From Candidatus Micrarchaeota archaeon CG10_big_fil_rev_8_21_14_0_10_45_29 (GTDB taxonomy: Archaea > Micrarchaeota > Micrarchaeia > Anstonellales > Anstonellaceae): 64,000 nt of DNA. The stretch lies in assembly GCA_002778455.1 (NCBI GenBank), contig PFCD01000016.1, forward strand, positions 2,446 to 66,445. Reading direction: 5' to 3'. The notes beneath the pieces are model-generated. The model did no database searches, was not told the DNA's origin, and was given only the letters and a program-made list of their open reading frames with translations. Positions 18,297-26,443 of this stretch are shown here, piece by piece (position 1 is the first letter of the stretch; every line of letters begins with the position of its first letter). The translations under genes and the position numbers were made by a program.

Positions 18297-19367
18297 ATGC
18301 CTTCAAAAAAAATCGTAGTCGGTATGTCCGGAGGAGTAGACTCGTCAATGGCAATGCTGATTTTAAAAAAGCAGGGCTGGGAGCCAATAGGCGTTTCCCT
18401 CAAATTGGAGAAGTGGGAAAGCGAATGCAACACTTATAGCGAAAACGTATGCTGCAGCGAGCAGTCTTTCGCGCTTTCAAGAAAAATCTGCGATAAAATA
18501 GGGGCAGAATACCACATCTACGACGTGGGGGAAGAGTTTGAAAAAGAAATAATAGATTATTTCGGCTCCCAGCTAAAAAAGGGGAGGACGCCCAATCCCT
18601 GCCTTATGTGCAACCGGAAAATAAAATACACAAAATTAATTGACTGGGCTAAAAAAAACGGCATAAAATATGTCGCAACAGGGCATTACGGGCAAATAAA
18701 GAAAAAAGAAAACAAAAAATACGCCCTTTTCAGGGCATCCGACCTCTCAAAAGACCAGACATACGGGCTTTGCATGCTAAAGCAGGAACAGCTCTCGCGC
18801 ATGGTTTTGCCCCTTGCCCCATACACAAAAACGCAGGTGTATGAGATGGCAAAAAAAGAGGGCTTTGACTTTTTTTTAAAAACAAAACAAAGCCAGGATT
18901 TGTGCTTTGTCTCCTCAAAGTCATTGCGCGCCTTTATAGAGGAAAAAGTGGGGAAGCGGGAGGGCGTGGTGGTGGATTTGTCAGGCAAGCCTTTGGGGGT
19001 GCACAAGGGATTGCACTTTTTCACCATGGGGCAAAAATGCGGAATTTCGGGCGGAACCGCCTATTACGTAGCCGGCTTTGACAAGGAGAAAAATTTGCTT
19101 ATCGCAACAAGCAACCGAGCCGATTTGATGCAAAAGGAAATATTGCTTGAAAACGTGAATTTTCTTAGCGGAGAAATTCCTGAAAAGGAAATTTGCGTGG
19201 ATGCGAAAATAAGGCACGGCCCCGCGCTGGAAAAGGCAATTTTGCTTCCCCTAAAAAACAATATGGCAAAAGTAATTTTTGAAAACCCTGCCTACGCGCC
19301 CATGCAGGGGCAGTTTTGCGCCTTTTACTCAGGGGATGAGTGCCTTGGAGGGGGGGAAATCTGCTGA
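18297..19367 (+). CDS. mnmA: tRNA-specific 2-thiouridylase (bacterial MnmA type)
   Basis: PP-loop VVGMSGGVDSS, catalytic-Cys context GRTPNPCLMCNRKIKY, and ATGHY. Confidence 0.88.
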   Translation: MPSKKIVVGMSGGVDSSMAMLILKKQGWEPIGVSLKLEKWESECNTYSENVCCSEQSFALSRKICDKIGAEYHIYDVGEEFEKEIIDYFGSQLKKGRTPNPCLMCNRKIKYTKLIDWAKKNGIKYVATGHYGQIKKKENKKYALFRASDLSKDQTYGLCMLKQEQLSRMVLPLAPYTKTQVYEMAKKEGFDFFLKTKQSQDLCFVSSKSLRAFIEEKVGKREGVVVDLSGKPLGVHKGLHFFTMGQKCGISGGTAYYVAGFDKEKNLLIATSNRADLMQKEILLENVNFLSGEIPEKEICVDAKIRHGPALEKAILLPLKNNMAKVIFENPAYAPMQGQFCAFYSGDECLGGGEIC

Positions 19368-19373
19368 CCGGCC

Positions 19374-19379
19374 TTTTTT
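19374..19379 (+). terminator. oligo-T tract downstream of mnmA
   Basis: GGCCTTTTTTATT lies 7 nt after the stop. Archaeal terminators are oligo-T tracts. Confidence 0.35.
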
Positions 19380-19508
19380 ATTGTGCCTGTGCTAAACGAA
19401 CCGTTAAAAAAGGCACGCTGCCAAAAAACCTCTGACAGCATAGTTTTTATTCACTTGCGCAAGCTTGAGAAGAGTTTTATATTAGTGAAAGCATAATTAT
19501 GTTATCGT

Positions 19509-19603
19509 GCCCTCGTCAGTATTGCGGATAGTATGCGACGCAGGCGTGCTTTTTGCACGCCTTGCCACCAACTGCGCTTGGTGGGCTTGCGGCGCTTGAG
19601 AGC
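19509..19603 (+). pseudogene. tRNA-Arg(GCG)-like 5' fragment (positions ~1-48) carrying a 46-nt two-hairpin insertion; no T-arm or 3' acceptor strand
   Basis: It aligns to the intact tRNA-Arg at 19640: GCCCTCG acceptor strand, D-arm, CGA[46 nt]GC-TTGCGGC-GCTTG-AGAG. It has its own copy of the promoter block AGTTTTATATT...ATGTTATCGT. Confidence 0.6.
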
Positions 19604-19639
19604 AGTTTTATATTGTTGCGACTCTAAATATGTTATCGT

Positions 19640-19713
19640 GCCCTCGTAGTATAGCTTGGATAGTATGCGAGCTTGCGGAGCTTGAGACCTGAGTTCAAAT
19701 CTCAGCGAGGGCG
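19640..19713 (+). tRNA. tRNA-Arg (GCG)
   Basis: Hand-folded. Acceptor GCCCTCG/CGAGGGC; anticodon arm CGAGC-TTGCGGA-GCTTG; T-arm CTGAG-TTCAAAT-CTCAG. The TATA element TTTTATATT lies about 30 nt upstream. Confidence 0.88.
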
Positions 19714-19801
19714 CTTTTCTTTTTATAGCCACTACACAAAAGCTTATAAATCACAAAATACGTATATTTAACACTATTAATCATACAGCTCAAGTGATAT
19801 T

Positions 19802-20626
19802 ATGAATATGGCACAGAAGATATGCAAAAAAATATTTGGCGGCGTTTCAGGGGAAACGGAAAAGAAAAACATTTTGCAAGGAATCCCTTTGTTCGAGCTC
19901 ACCAACGAGGGGATAATTGAAAAGCTCAAGGGCGGGATGAAAAAAGAAAAGCAGGCCGAATGCGTTCAAACACTTGAAAAAAACAGCGCAATTGATGAAA
20001 AGCTTGCTTTTGAGCTTCTTGCAGGAAAAAAAGTAAACTATTACAAAGCAGTGCTGATTCTTGAAAAATATATACAAAGCAGGGATAATGCGCTGGAGTT
20101 GGCAAAAAACATCCCGCTCTCAGAACATCACTTTATGTTTGAGCGCATGATGGAAATGGATTTTGCGTCCTTGATGCCCATATCCATGAATTCAAAAAAA
20201 GCAATAAAAGAATTTGATGACGCAGCTCCCAAGCGCGAATCTGTTTTGCGCCTTCTCACAGATATGGGCTCGGTAGATGCTCTTGTAGCAAAACTAAAGG
20301 GGCTTAGGGGGAAAGACATTATGGCGTGGATTAACGTGCTTAGAAATATTGAAGATATAATCAAGCTGGGAAAAGGCAATCTGGTAAAAAATGAAGGGGA
20401 TGCCGAAAAAGCGCTGCAGCTCATAAATCTGTTCCTTGACAAAAAAGCGGATACTGGCCCCACTATGGGGGCAGAAGTTGAGGCATTTAACTCATTGCTT
20501 GAAGAGGCAATAGAATTTTACCATATTCGGGGCCATGTGAAAAAGTCAGCCGAGGCAGAAAATCTTCTAAATGCATGGAAATGGAAGATGGCAAACGGAA
20601 TGGGAGAGAAGCCCGGGCTAAACTAA
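19802..20626 (+). CDS. hypothetical protein (274 aa, predicted all-alpha)
   Basis: Long ORF with balanced composition and no recognisable motif. Confidence 0.55.
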   Translation: MNMAQKICKKIFGGVSGETEKKNILQGIPLFELTNEGIIEKLKGGMKKEKQAECVQTLEKNSAIDEKLAFELLAGKKVNYYKAVLILEKYIQSRDNALELAKNIPLSEHHFMFERMMEMDFASLMPISMNSKKAIKEFDDAAPKRESVLRLLTDMGSVDALVAKLKGLRGKDIMAWINVLRNIEDIIKLGKGNLVKNEGDAEKALQLINLFLDKKADTGPTMGAEVEAFNSLLEEAIEFYHIRGHVKKSAEAENLLNAWKWKMANGMGEKPGLN

Positions 20627-20670
20627 TTCAACTTTTTTATTCTGCCTGCTTAACCCATACATTTATATAT

Positions 20671-20702
20671 TAGTAATGCTTACTATATAGTAATGATTAC
20701 TA
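20671..20702 (+). promoter_or_regulatory. two tandem palindromic boxes TAGTAATG(C/A)TTACTA between the TATA box and the fur start
   Basis: Box 1 is at 20671-20685 and box 2 at 20688-20702, each with TAGTAA/TTACTA arms. The TATA element ATTTATATAT (20661-20670) abuts box 1, and box 2 covers the ATG at 20693. Confidence 0.55.
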
Positions 20703-21079
20703 TTAATGAGCGGCTAACCCCGCAAAAAATAAAGATAATAGAGTTTCTCAAAGGCACAACGTCCCACCCTACCGCAGAGGATGTATATAAAAATGTCAAA
20801 AAATCCATCCCCTGCATCTCATTGGGCACAGTGTATCGCAACTTGGGGCAAATGGCGCAGAGGGGGCAGATACGGCGCCTTGAGGTGGAAGGCGGATTTC
20901 GCTATGACGCAGACCTCTCATCGCACCTGCACCTTGTGTGCAAAAAATGCGGCTCAATAAGCGACATGCACGACGTGCGCATCTTTGACTTTATAAAAAA
21001 GAAAACAAACCCAGGCAAATTCATAGCCCAGGGGGCGGAAGTCACAATCTTTGGCATATGCAAAAACTGCAAAAAATAA
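20693..21079 (+). CDS. Fur-family metalloregulator (PerR-like by context)
   Basis: The winged-helix N-terminus (HPTAEDVYKNV...SLGTVYRNL) and two CxxC pairs (CKKCGS...CKNC) fit the family. It lies upstream of a peroxiredoxin. Confidence 0.85.
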   Translation: MITINERLTPQKIKIIEFLKGTTSHPTAEDVYKNVKKSIPCISLGTVYRNLGQMAQRGQIRRLEVEGGFRYDADLSSHLHLVCKKCGSISDMHDVRIFDFIKKKTNPGKFIAQGAEVTIFGICKNCKK

Positions 21080-21228
21080 GCCGCAAAAACGCAAAATAAA
21101 AAAGAGAAGCGGCAGGCTGCAAAAAACAATAAAATGAAAATATTTGCAAAAACTGCAAAAAATAAATATGAAAAGCAGCGCCTGAAAAGGCGAAAAAATA
21201 ATACTAAAAAAATTTAACGGTGATATAT

Positions 21229-21792
21229 ATGGTAAATATAAACGATGAGGCGCCGGCATTCACTGCCGACGCGCTGATAAACAACGAAGTGAAGAAAATC
21301 TCCCTCTCAGACTATAAGGGAAAATGGGTAATTCTCTTCTTCTACCCCGCAGATTTCACTTTCGTCTGCCCCACAGAGCTTGGCGAATTGGCAGACAATT
21401 ATGAAAAGCTCAAAAGCATGGGTGCGGAAGTAATTTCCATTTCCACTGATACCGCCTTTGTGCACAAGGCATGGCACGACCACTCCCCCACAATAAAGAA
21501 AATAAAATTCCCAATGTTGGCAGACCCCTCAAGGGAGGTGTGCTCTGCATATTACACCCTCATAAAAGAGGAAGGGCTTTCCCTGCGAGCAACTTATCTC
21601 ATAGACCCGGAAGGCAAAATAAAGGCATTTGAGTTTCATGACAACTCAATAGGCAGGAGCATAGATGAGCTTGTCAGAAAGCTTCAGGCAGCCCAATATG
21701 TAAAAGAGCACGGCGGAGAGGCGTGCCCAATGAATTGGAAGCCGGGAAAAGAGGCGCTAAAAACCGGGATTGACATGGTAGGGAAAATATAA
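21229..21792 (+). CDS. typical 2-Cys peroxiredoxin (AhpC/Prx1 family)
   Basis: Peroxidatic Cys motif FYPADFTFVCPTE and resolving Cys GEACPMNW. I prefer the ATG at 21229 to the GTG at 21220. Confidence 0.9.
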   Translation: MVNINDEAPAFTADALINNEVKKISLSDYKGKWVILFFYPADFTFVCPTELGELADNYEKLKSMGAEVISISTDTAFVHKAWHDHSPTIKKIKFPMLADPSREVCSAYYTLIKEEGLSLRATYLIDPEGKIKAFEFHDNSIGRSIDELVRKLQAAQYVKEHGGEACPMNWKPGKEALKTGIDMVGKI

Positions 21793-21804
21793 TCCCTATT
21801 CCCC

Positions 21805-21811
21805 TTTTTTT
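21805..21811 (+). terminator. oligo-T tract after the peroxiredoxin gene
   Basis: CCCCTTTTTTTCGCC lies 13 nt after the stop. Confidence 0.4.
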
Positions 21812-22059
21812 CGCCTTTAGTTAAGCTTTAATACCCCCTGCCCGCATATTCTTATTGATTCAACCGTGTAACGCTCATTTTGAAATTTACATCGGACGGG
21901 CGAGACAGTTTGGATTATGGTGCCCTGCATTATTGCCGGCGCACTTAAGTAGCAAGCCGCTGTCAGGTACAACGATAAATTCGCTGTATTATTTTTGTGA
22001 TTTGCTATAAAATTAGCATTTATTCATAAGAATATTTTGCTTACAATAGAGGAATTGAT

Positions 22060-23385
22060 ATGAAATTTGAAGAATTGAACTTAAACCCGAAAATTTTGCA
22101 GGCATTAAATGACATGGGCTTCACCCAGCCAACCCCCATACAGGAGCAGGCAATACCTCTCCTTATGCAGGGGGAGGACATCATAGGGCAGGCGCAGACA
22201 GGCACGGGAAAAACCGCAGCCTTCTCACTGCCTGCATTGGAATTTTGCCTTGCCGCCGGGCCGTTGCAGCGCCCGCGAGACGGGGGCGCAAGGCCCCTTG
22301 TGCTCATACTGGCGCCAACGCGCGAGCTTGCGGTGCAAATAAGCGGAGAAATCGGAAAAATGTCTGTTTTTACAAACATAAAGGCGGTAACCGTATACGG
22401 GGGGCAGGATATTGAGAAGCAGCTTCGCTCATTTTCCCAAAATCCGCACATAATAGTCGGCACGCCCGGAAGGACGCTGGACCATATAGAGAGGGGAAGC
22501 CTGAACCTCTCAGATGTAAAATTTGTTGTATTGGATGAGGCTGACAGGATGCTTGATATGGGTTTTATTGACGATGTTGTGCGAATAATGGACCGCACCC
22601 GCCCTGACAGGCAGACTGCGCTATTTTCAGCAACAATGCAACGGGAAGTCATGAACATAGCGTATGAATACATGAAATCCCCGCAAACAGTAAAAGTTTC
22701 CGAGGACAAAATAACTGTTGATGAAATAACGCAAAAATACCTATTAGTTGACGGAAAAAACCGCATCGGCTATTTGCTTGCCTTTCTCAAAGCAGAGGGG
22801 CGAGGGCTCACCTTGGTGTTTGCGCGCACAAAAATGGGCGCAAAAAAACTCGCAGACATCTTGTACAGAAAGGGCTTTAGCACAGACTCACTTCATGGTG
22901 ACATGCGCCAGTCTGCGCGAGACCGCGCAATGAAAAATTTCAGGGAAGGAAAAACCCAGGTGCTAATAGCAACCGATTTGGCATCGCGCGGGCTTGACGT
23001 GTCTGGAGTGACTCATGTGATAAACTATGATTTGCCCGAGGAGCCCATGACATATATCCATAGAATAGGGCGCACCGGGCGCATAGGCAACAACGGCTAC
23101 GCGCTCTCATTTGTTTTTGAGGACCAGTTTAGTTTCATAAAAGACGTGATGCAGCTTACAAAAGTTCCCATAGAGCAGATTAATTTAGAGCCCATTTCCA
23201 TGCCAAGCATCGCAAAGCCGCGCGAGGATTTCTCCCGGATGGGGGGAAGAGGCGGCGGGCGCGGAGGCGGAAGAGGGGGTGAGCGCGGAGGCAGGAGAGG
23301 AATGCGCGACCGCTCGCCTGCAAAGCCTGCAAGGCCTTTTGTAAAAACAAAAGGAGGCGGAAAATACCACGGGAGGCAAAGATAG
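22060..23385 (+). CDS. DEAD-box ATP-dependent RNA helicase with C-terminal RGG-rich tail
   Basis: AQTGTGKT (motif I), PTRELA (Ia), VLDEAD (II), SAT (III), HRIGRTGR (VI), and the tail GGRGGGRGGGRGGERGGRRG. Confidence 0.92.
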   Translation: MKFEELNLNPKILQALNDMGFTQPTPIQEQAIPLLMQGEDIIGQAQTGTGKTAAFSLPALEFCLAAGPLQRPRDGGARPLVLILAPTRELAVQISGEIGKMSVFTNIKAVTVYGGQDIEKQLRSFSQNPHIIVGTPGRTLDHIERGSLNLSDVKFVVLDEADRMLDMGFIDDVVRIMDRTRPDRQTALFSATMQREVMNIAYEYMKSPQTVKVSEDKITVDEITQKYLLVDGKNRIGYLLAFLKAEGRGLTLVFARTKMGAKKLADILYRKGFSTDSLHGDMRQSARDRAMKNFREGKTQVLIATDLASRGLDVSGVTHVINYDLPEEPMTYIHRIGRTGRIGNNGYALSFVFEDQFSFIKDVMQLTKVPIEQINLEPISMPSIAKPREDFSRMGGRGGGRGGGRGGERGGRRGMRDRSPAKPARPFVKTKGGGKYHGRQR

Positions 23386-23438
23386 CCTCTATAAAGGTTC
23401 GCATGCATAATAAAAATACTTTTAGAAGGTGAATTAAT

Positions 23439-23588
23439 ATGCTGAAGAATTGCTCATCATGCGGCAAACAGACAAAGGAATACTCAGTAGTGCCTGACCC
23501 GAACTCATCCGAGGCAATTATTCGATGCAAGCACTGCAGGCAGCTCTCTGTCCAGTTTGAAACCCCAAGCGGAGTAAAGGGCCCGTAA
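23439..23588 (+). CDS. small zinc-ribbon protein (49 aa)
   Basis: MLKNCSSCGK...RCKHCRQ contains two CxxC pairs. It has an ATG start and lies directly upstream of aEF-1beta. It is below the track cutoff. Confidence 0.5.
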   Translation: MLKNCSSCGKQTKEYSVVPDPNSSEAIIRCKHCRQLSVQFETPSGVKGP

Positions 23589-23735
23589 AAGCCCCTTTTT
23601 TCCAGATTAATAATTAATCGGGCGCATAGCCCTTTTTAGAATTAAAAGGCAAAGCCAACACAACCTGGCCGCGCCTTAACTTGTGCGGATGCAAAATTTG
23701 CCCCGCTTTCCAAAAAAACAAGGAGGAATGGTAAA

Positions 23736-24017
23736 ATGGGAGACGTTGAAATGACTGTCCAGATAATGCCAAAGGAGATGGAAGGCTTTGAGCAGCTAAA
23801 GCATAACATCATAGACAAGATGAAAAACGGCACAGGCGGGCTTGTAAAAGGATGCAACATAGGCGAGAGGGAAGTGGCGTTTGGAATGAAAGCCCTTATA
23901 GTGAAAATCATAATACCTGACGGAGAGGGCGGCTCCGACAAAATTGAGGAAAAGCTAAAGGAAATAGAAAATGTTTCCACCTGCGACACAACGAACCTTG
24001 ACAGGCTCGGCGTATAA
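23736..24017 (+). CDS. translation elongation factor aEF-1 beta
   Basis: 93 aa. MGDVEMTVQIMP...EVAFGMKALIVKIIIPDGEGGSDKIEEKL..IENV matches the archaeal EF-1beta pattern. AGGAGG lies upstream. Confidence 0.8.
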   Translation: MGDVEMTVQIMPKEMEGFEQLKHNIIDKMKNGTGGLVKGCNIGEREVAFGMKALIVKIIIPDGEGGSDKIEEKLKEIENVSTCDTTNLDRLGV

Positions 24018-24130
24018 TCATTTTTCTTTTTTTCTTATTCTTTTTTCTTTGAATTTTTATATCCTGCGCCAAATTTTTTGCGGCAAAATGCCCTGCAAAC
24101 CTATTTCTTTTTTGTGGGCGTAAATTAAGC

Positions 24131-26443
24131 ATGCTAAATTCTATCACGCTTGAAAACTGGCGCTCACACTCAAAAACAAAAATAGAATTCAGTGAGGGCA
24201 CCAACGTTTTTTTGGGGCAGATGGGAAGCGGCAAATCCTCCGTAGTGGACGCCCTCTGCTTTGCGCTTTATGGCACCTATCCGAAATTAAGGGGCAAAGA
24301 AGCAAAACTTGAAGACGTGAAAAACTTCAGGCACAAGCAAAAGCAGGCAAGTGTGGAAGTGCAATGGTCCTCCCCCGCAGAAAGTAACGGCAAATTGCGC
24401 CAATATAAAATAAGGCGCGAGCTCTCCCCCCCGAACGCCTGGCTTTACGAAGATGAAAAGCTTTTATGCAAAGGGGCGCGCCAGGCAAGCGAGCAGGCAT
24501 CGCAAATCCTGCAAATTTCATACGAGCTTTTCTCGCGCGCCGCATACTCCGAGCAAAACGGAATAGATTACTGGTTTAACCTAAACCCCGGCGCAAGAAA
24601 GGCAGAGCTTGATAAGCTTTTGGGGCTTGACCGTTTTGAATCCGCCCGCTCCGGCGCTGTAAAAGAAATAAACAGGCTAAAGGAGAGGGCATCCCTCTTT
24701 CAAAAAGACGCGGATTTGCAAAAATTGCAAAAACTGCAGCAAGAGGCAAAGGAGAGGGGGGATAGGGTGCAGGCGCAAAAAAAGATTGCGCAAGAGGCAG
24801 GCAAAAGCCTTGAGGAAGCCCTCAAAAAGGCGCAAGAGGCGCAAACCCTGCACGATAAGGCAAAAATAAAATGCAGCCAACTTTCAAAACTCTCTGTTGA
24901 ATTAAACCTGCTTAAGGGAAAAACAAGCGCGCTTGAGAAAAATACGCAAGAGTGCGCCTCTTTGCCGGATTTGCAAAAGCTCTCGCAGGAGGAGGGGGAG
25001 GCAAGGGTGCGGGCAATATTTATAGAAAAAACCCTCAAAAGCCTGCAAGCAGAAGAGGGGGCGCTCTCACAGTCAATAGGGAAATTAAAAGAGCAGGAGG
25101 CAAGCGCAAAAAATTCGCAGGAAAAAAGAAAAAAACTTCAGGCAGAGCTAATCTCACTTCTCAACGGAGTTTCAGCAGAAAAAATAAAAGAGCAAATAAA
25201 AAATATGCAAGCGCAGGCGCAGGAAATGGCGGAAAATCATGCCATGCTTGAGGTTCAGCGCAAAAGCGCATTAAACGCAATAAAGGCGCTTGAGGGCGGC
25301 TCCCACACCGGCTGCGCCTGCCCTGTATGCGAGAGCCCGCTTGATGAAAAAAAGAAAAAAGAGCTTTATGAAAAAAATTCCTCACTCTCCCTCTCTATCG
25401 GAAAGGAAATTGAGCAAAGCAAAAAGCTTGCAGGGAAAAAGCAGGGGGAAATTTCCAATCTCTCAACCATTTTGGAAAAAGCATCCCGCATAGACGCGGG
25501 GCTGCAGGCACTCCCTTCCGCGCAAAACCTTCCCCAAATATCCGAGCAGCTCCGCACTTTGCGAAAAATGCAGGAAGAATTTGCAAAAAAAAGGGAAAAT
25601 TGCGCAAAGGAGGCGAAAAAGCTCTCAGACAGCATCTCGCAGCTGCAAATTTCTTTGCAAAAGCACGCCCAGCTCAAAAAATGGAATGCAGAGCTTTCCC
25701 AATGCAAGGCGCGCATGGCTCAATTGCAGGAGATGGAAATAAATCTGAGCCCCTGCAAACTGGAATTTGAGAATGCCTCTGCTCGCCTAAGCGCGGCTCT
25801 CTCGCAAAAAGCCTCGCTTGAGGAGCAGTGCAGGGGCGCCGCCGCAATTCTTGAGAGCATGCAAAGCTCGCTTGAGATCGCAAAAGAATCCCTTGCGCAG
25901 GCGCAAAAAAAGCGCGATGAGATGCAGCTTCTTTTGCAGGAAGCGGATTCGCTTGAAAAATTCAGGCAGGTGGTTATCGCAACCCAGTCCCAGCTTCGCG
26001 AAACCTTAATTTCAGACATAAATTCCGCCCTCGCCCGCCTATGGCCAATGCTGTATCCTTACAACGACTGGAGCGGAGCGAAAATAGTGGCAGGGCAAAA
26101 GGATTATTCTTTGCAGGTGTTTCAGGGCGAATACCTGGATTTGCAATCGCATGCCTCCGGGGGGGAGAGGGCGTGCATGGGGCTTTGCCTTCGCGCCGCG
26201 CTCTCAATAATTCTCACGCCCCAGCTGGGCTGGCTTATATTGGATGAGCCCACCCACAACCTTGATTCGCAGGCGGTGCAGGCGCTGGGGCGCGCCCTCT
26301 CCGAAAAAATGCCGCACATAATTTCGCAGGTAATAGTGATCACACATGAGCCGCGCCTGCTTGAGAGCGCGCCTGCGCGCGTATTTGAATTCTCACGCGA
26401 TAAGGAAAAAGGCGAGGACACTCAGGTATTTGCCGCGGATTAA
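24131..26443 (+). CDS. rad50: Rad50-type SMC ATPase (DNA double-strand break repair)
   Basis: Walker A GQMGSGKSS, long coiled coils, zinc hook CPVC (GCACPVCESPL), signature ASGGER, and Walker B LILDEPTHNLD. Confidence 0.88.
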   Translation: MLNSITLENWRSHSKTKIEFSEGTNVFLGQMGSGKSSVVDALCFALYGTYPKLRGKEAKLEDVKNFRHKQKQASVEVQWSSPAESNGKLRQYKIRRELSPPNAWLYEDEKLLCKGARQASEQASQILQISYELFSRAAYSEQNGIDYWFNLNPGARKAELDKLLGLDRFESARSGAVKEINRLKERASLFQKDADLQKLQKLQQEAKERGDRVQAQKKIAQEAGKSLEEALKKAQEAQTLHDKAKIKCSQLSKLSVELNLLKGKTSALEKNTQECASLPDLQKLSQEEGEARVRAIFIEKTLKSLQAEEGALSQSIGKLKEQEASAKNSQEKRKKLQAELISLLNGVSAEKIKEQIKNMQAQAQEMAENHAMLEVQRKSALNAIKALEGGSHTGCACPVCESPLDEKKKKELYEKNSSLSLSIGKEIEQSKKLAGKKQGEISNLSTILEKASRIDAGLQALPSAQNLPQISEQLRTLRKMQEEFAKKRENCAKEAKKLSDSISQLQISLQKHAQLKKWNAELSQCKARMAQLQEMEINLSPCKLEFENASARLSAALSQKASLEEQCRGAAAILESMQSSLEIAKESLAQAQKKRDEMQLLLQEADSLEKFRQVVIATQSQLRETLISDINSALARLWPMLYPYNDWSGAKIVAGQKDYSLQVFQGEYLDLQSHASGGERACMGLCLRAALSIILTPQLGWLILDEPTHNLDSQAVQALGRALSEKMPHIISQVIVITHEPRLLESAPARVFEFSRDKEKGEDTQVFAAD

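Noticed and set aside
19502-19732. 76-aa minus-strand ORF over the tRNA-Arg locus. Likewise 11395-11679 (+) over tRNA-Cys and 55677-56093 (-) over tRNA-Gln.
   Set aside because: These regions fold into canonical tRNAs or tRNA-derived sequence. The ORFs are by-products of GC-rich RNA genes.
22041-22766. 241-aa ORF antisense to the DEAD-box helicase gene
   Set aside because: The plus strand carries every helicase motif in order. The antisense product is Ser/Cys/Phe-rich low-complexity sequence typical of a shadow ORF.
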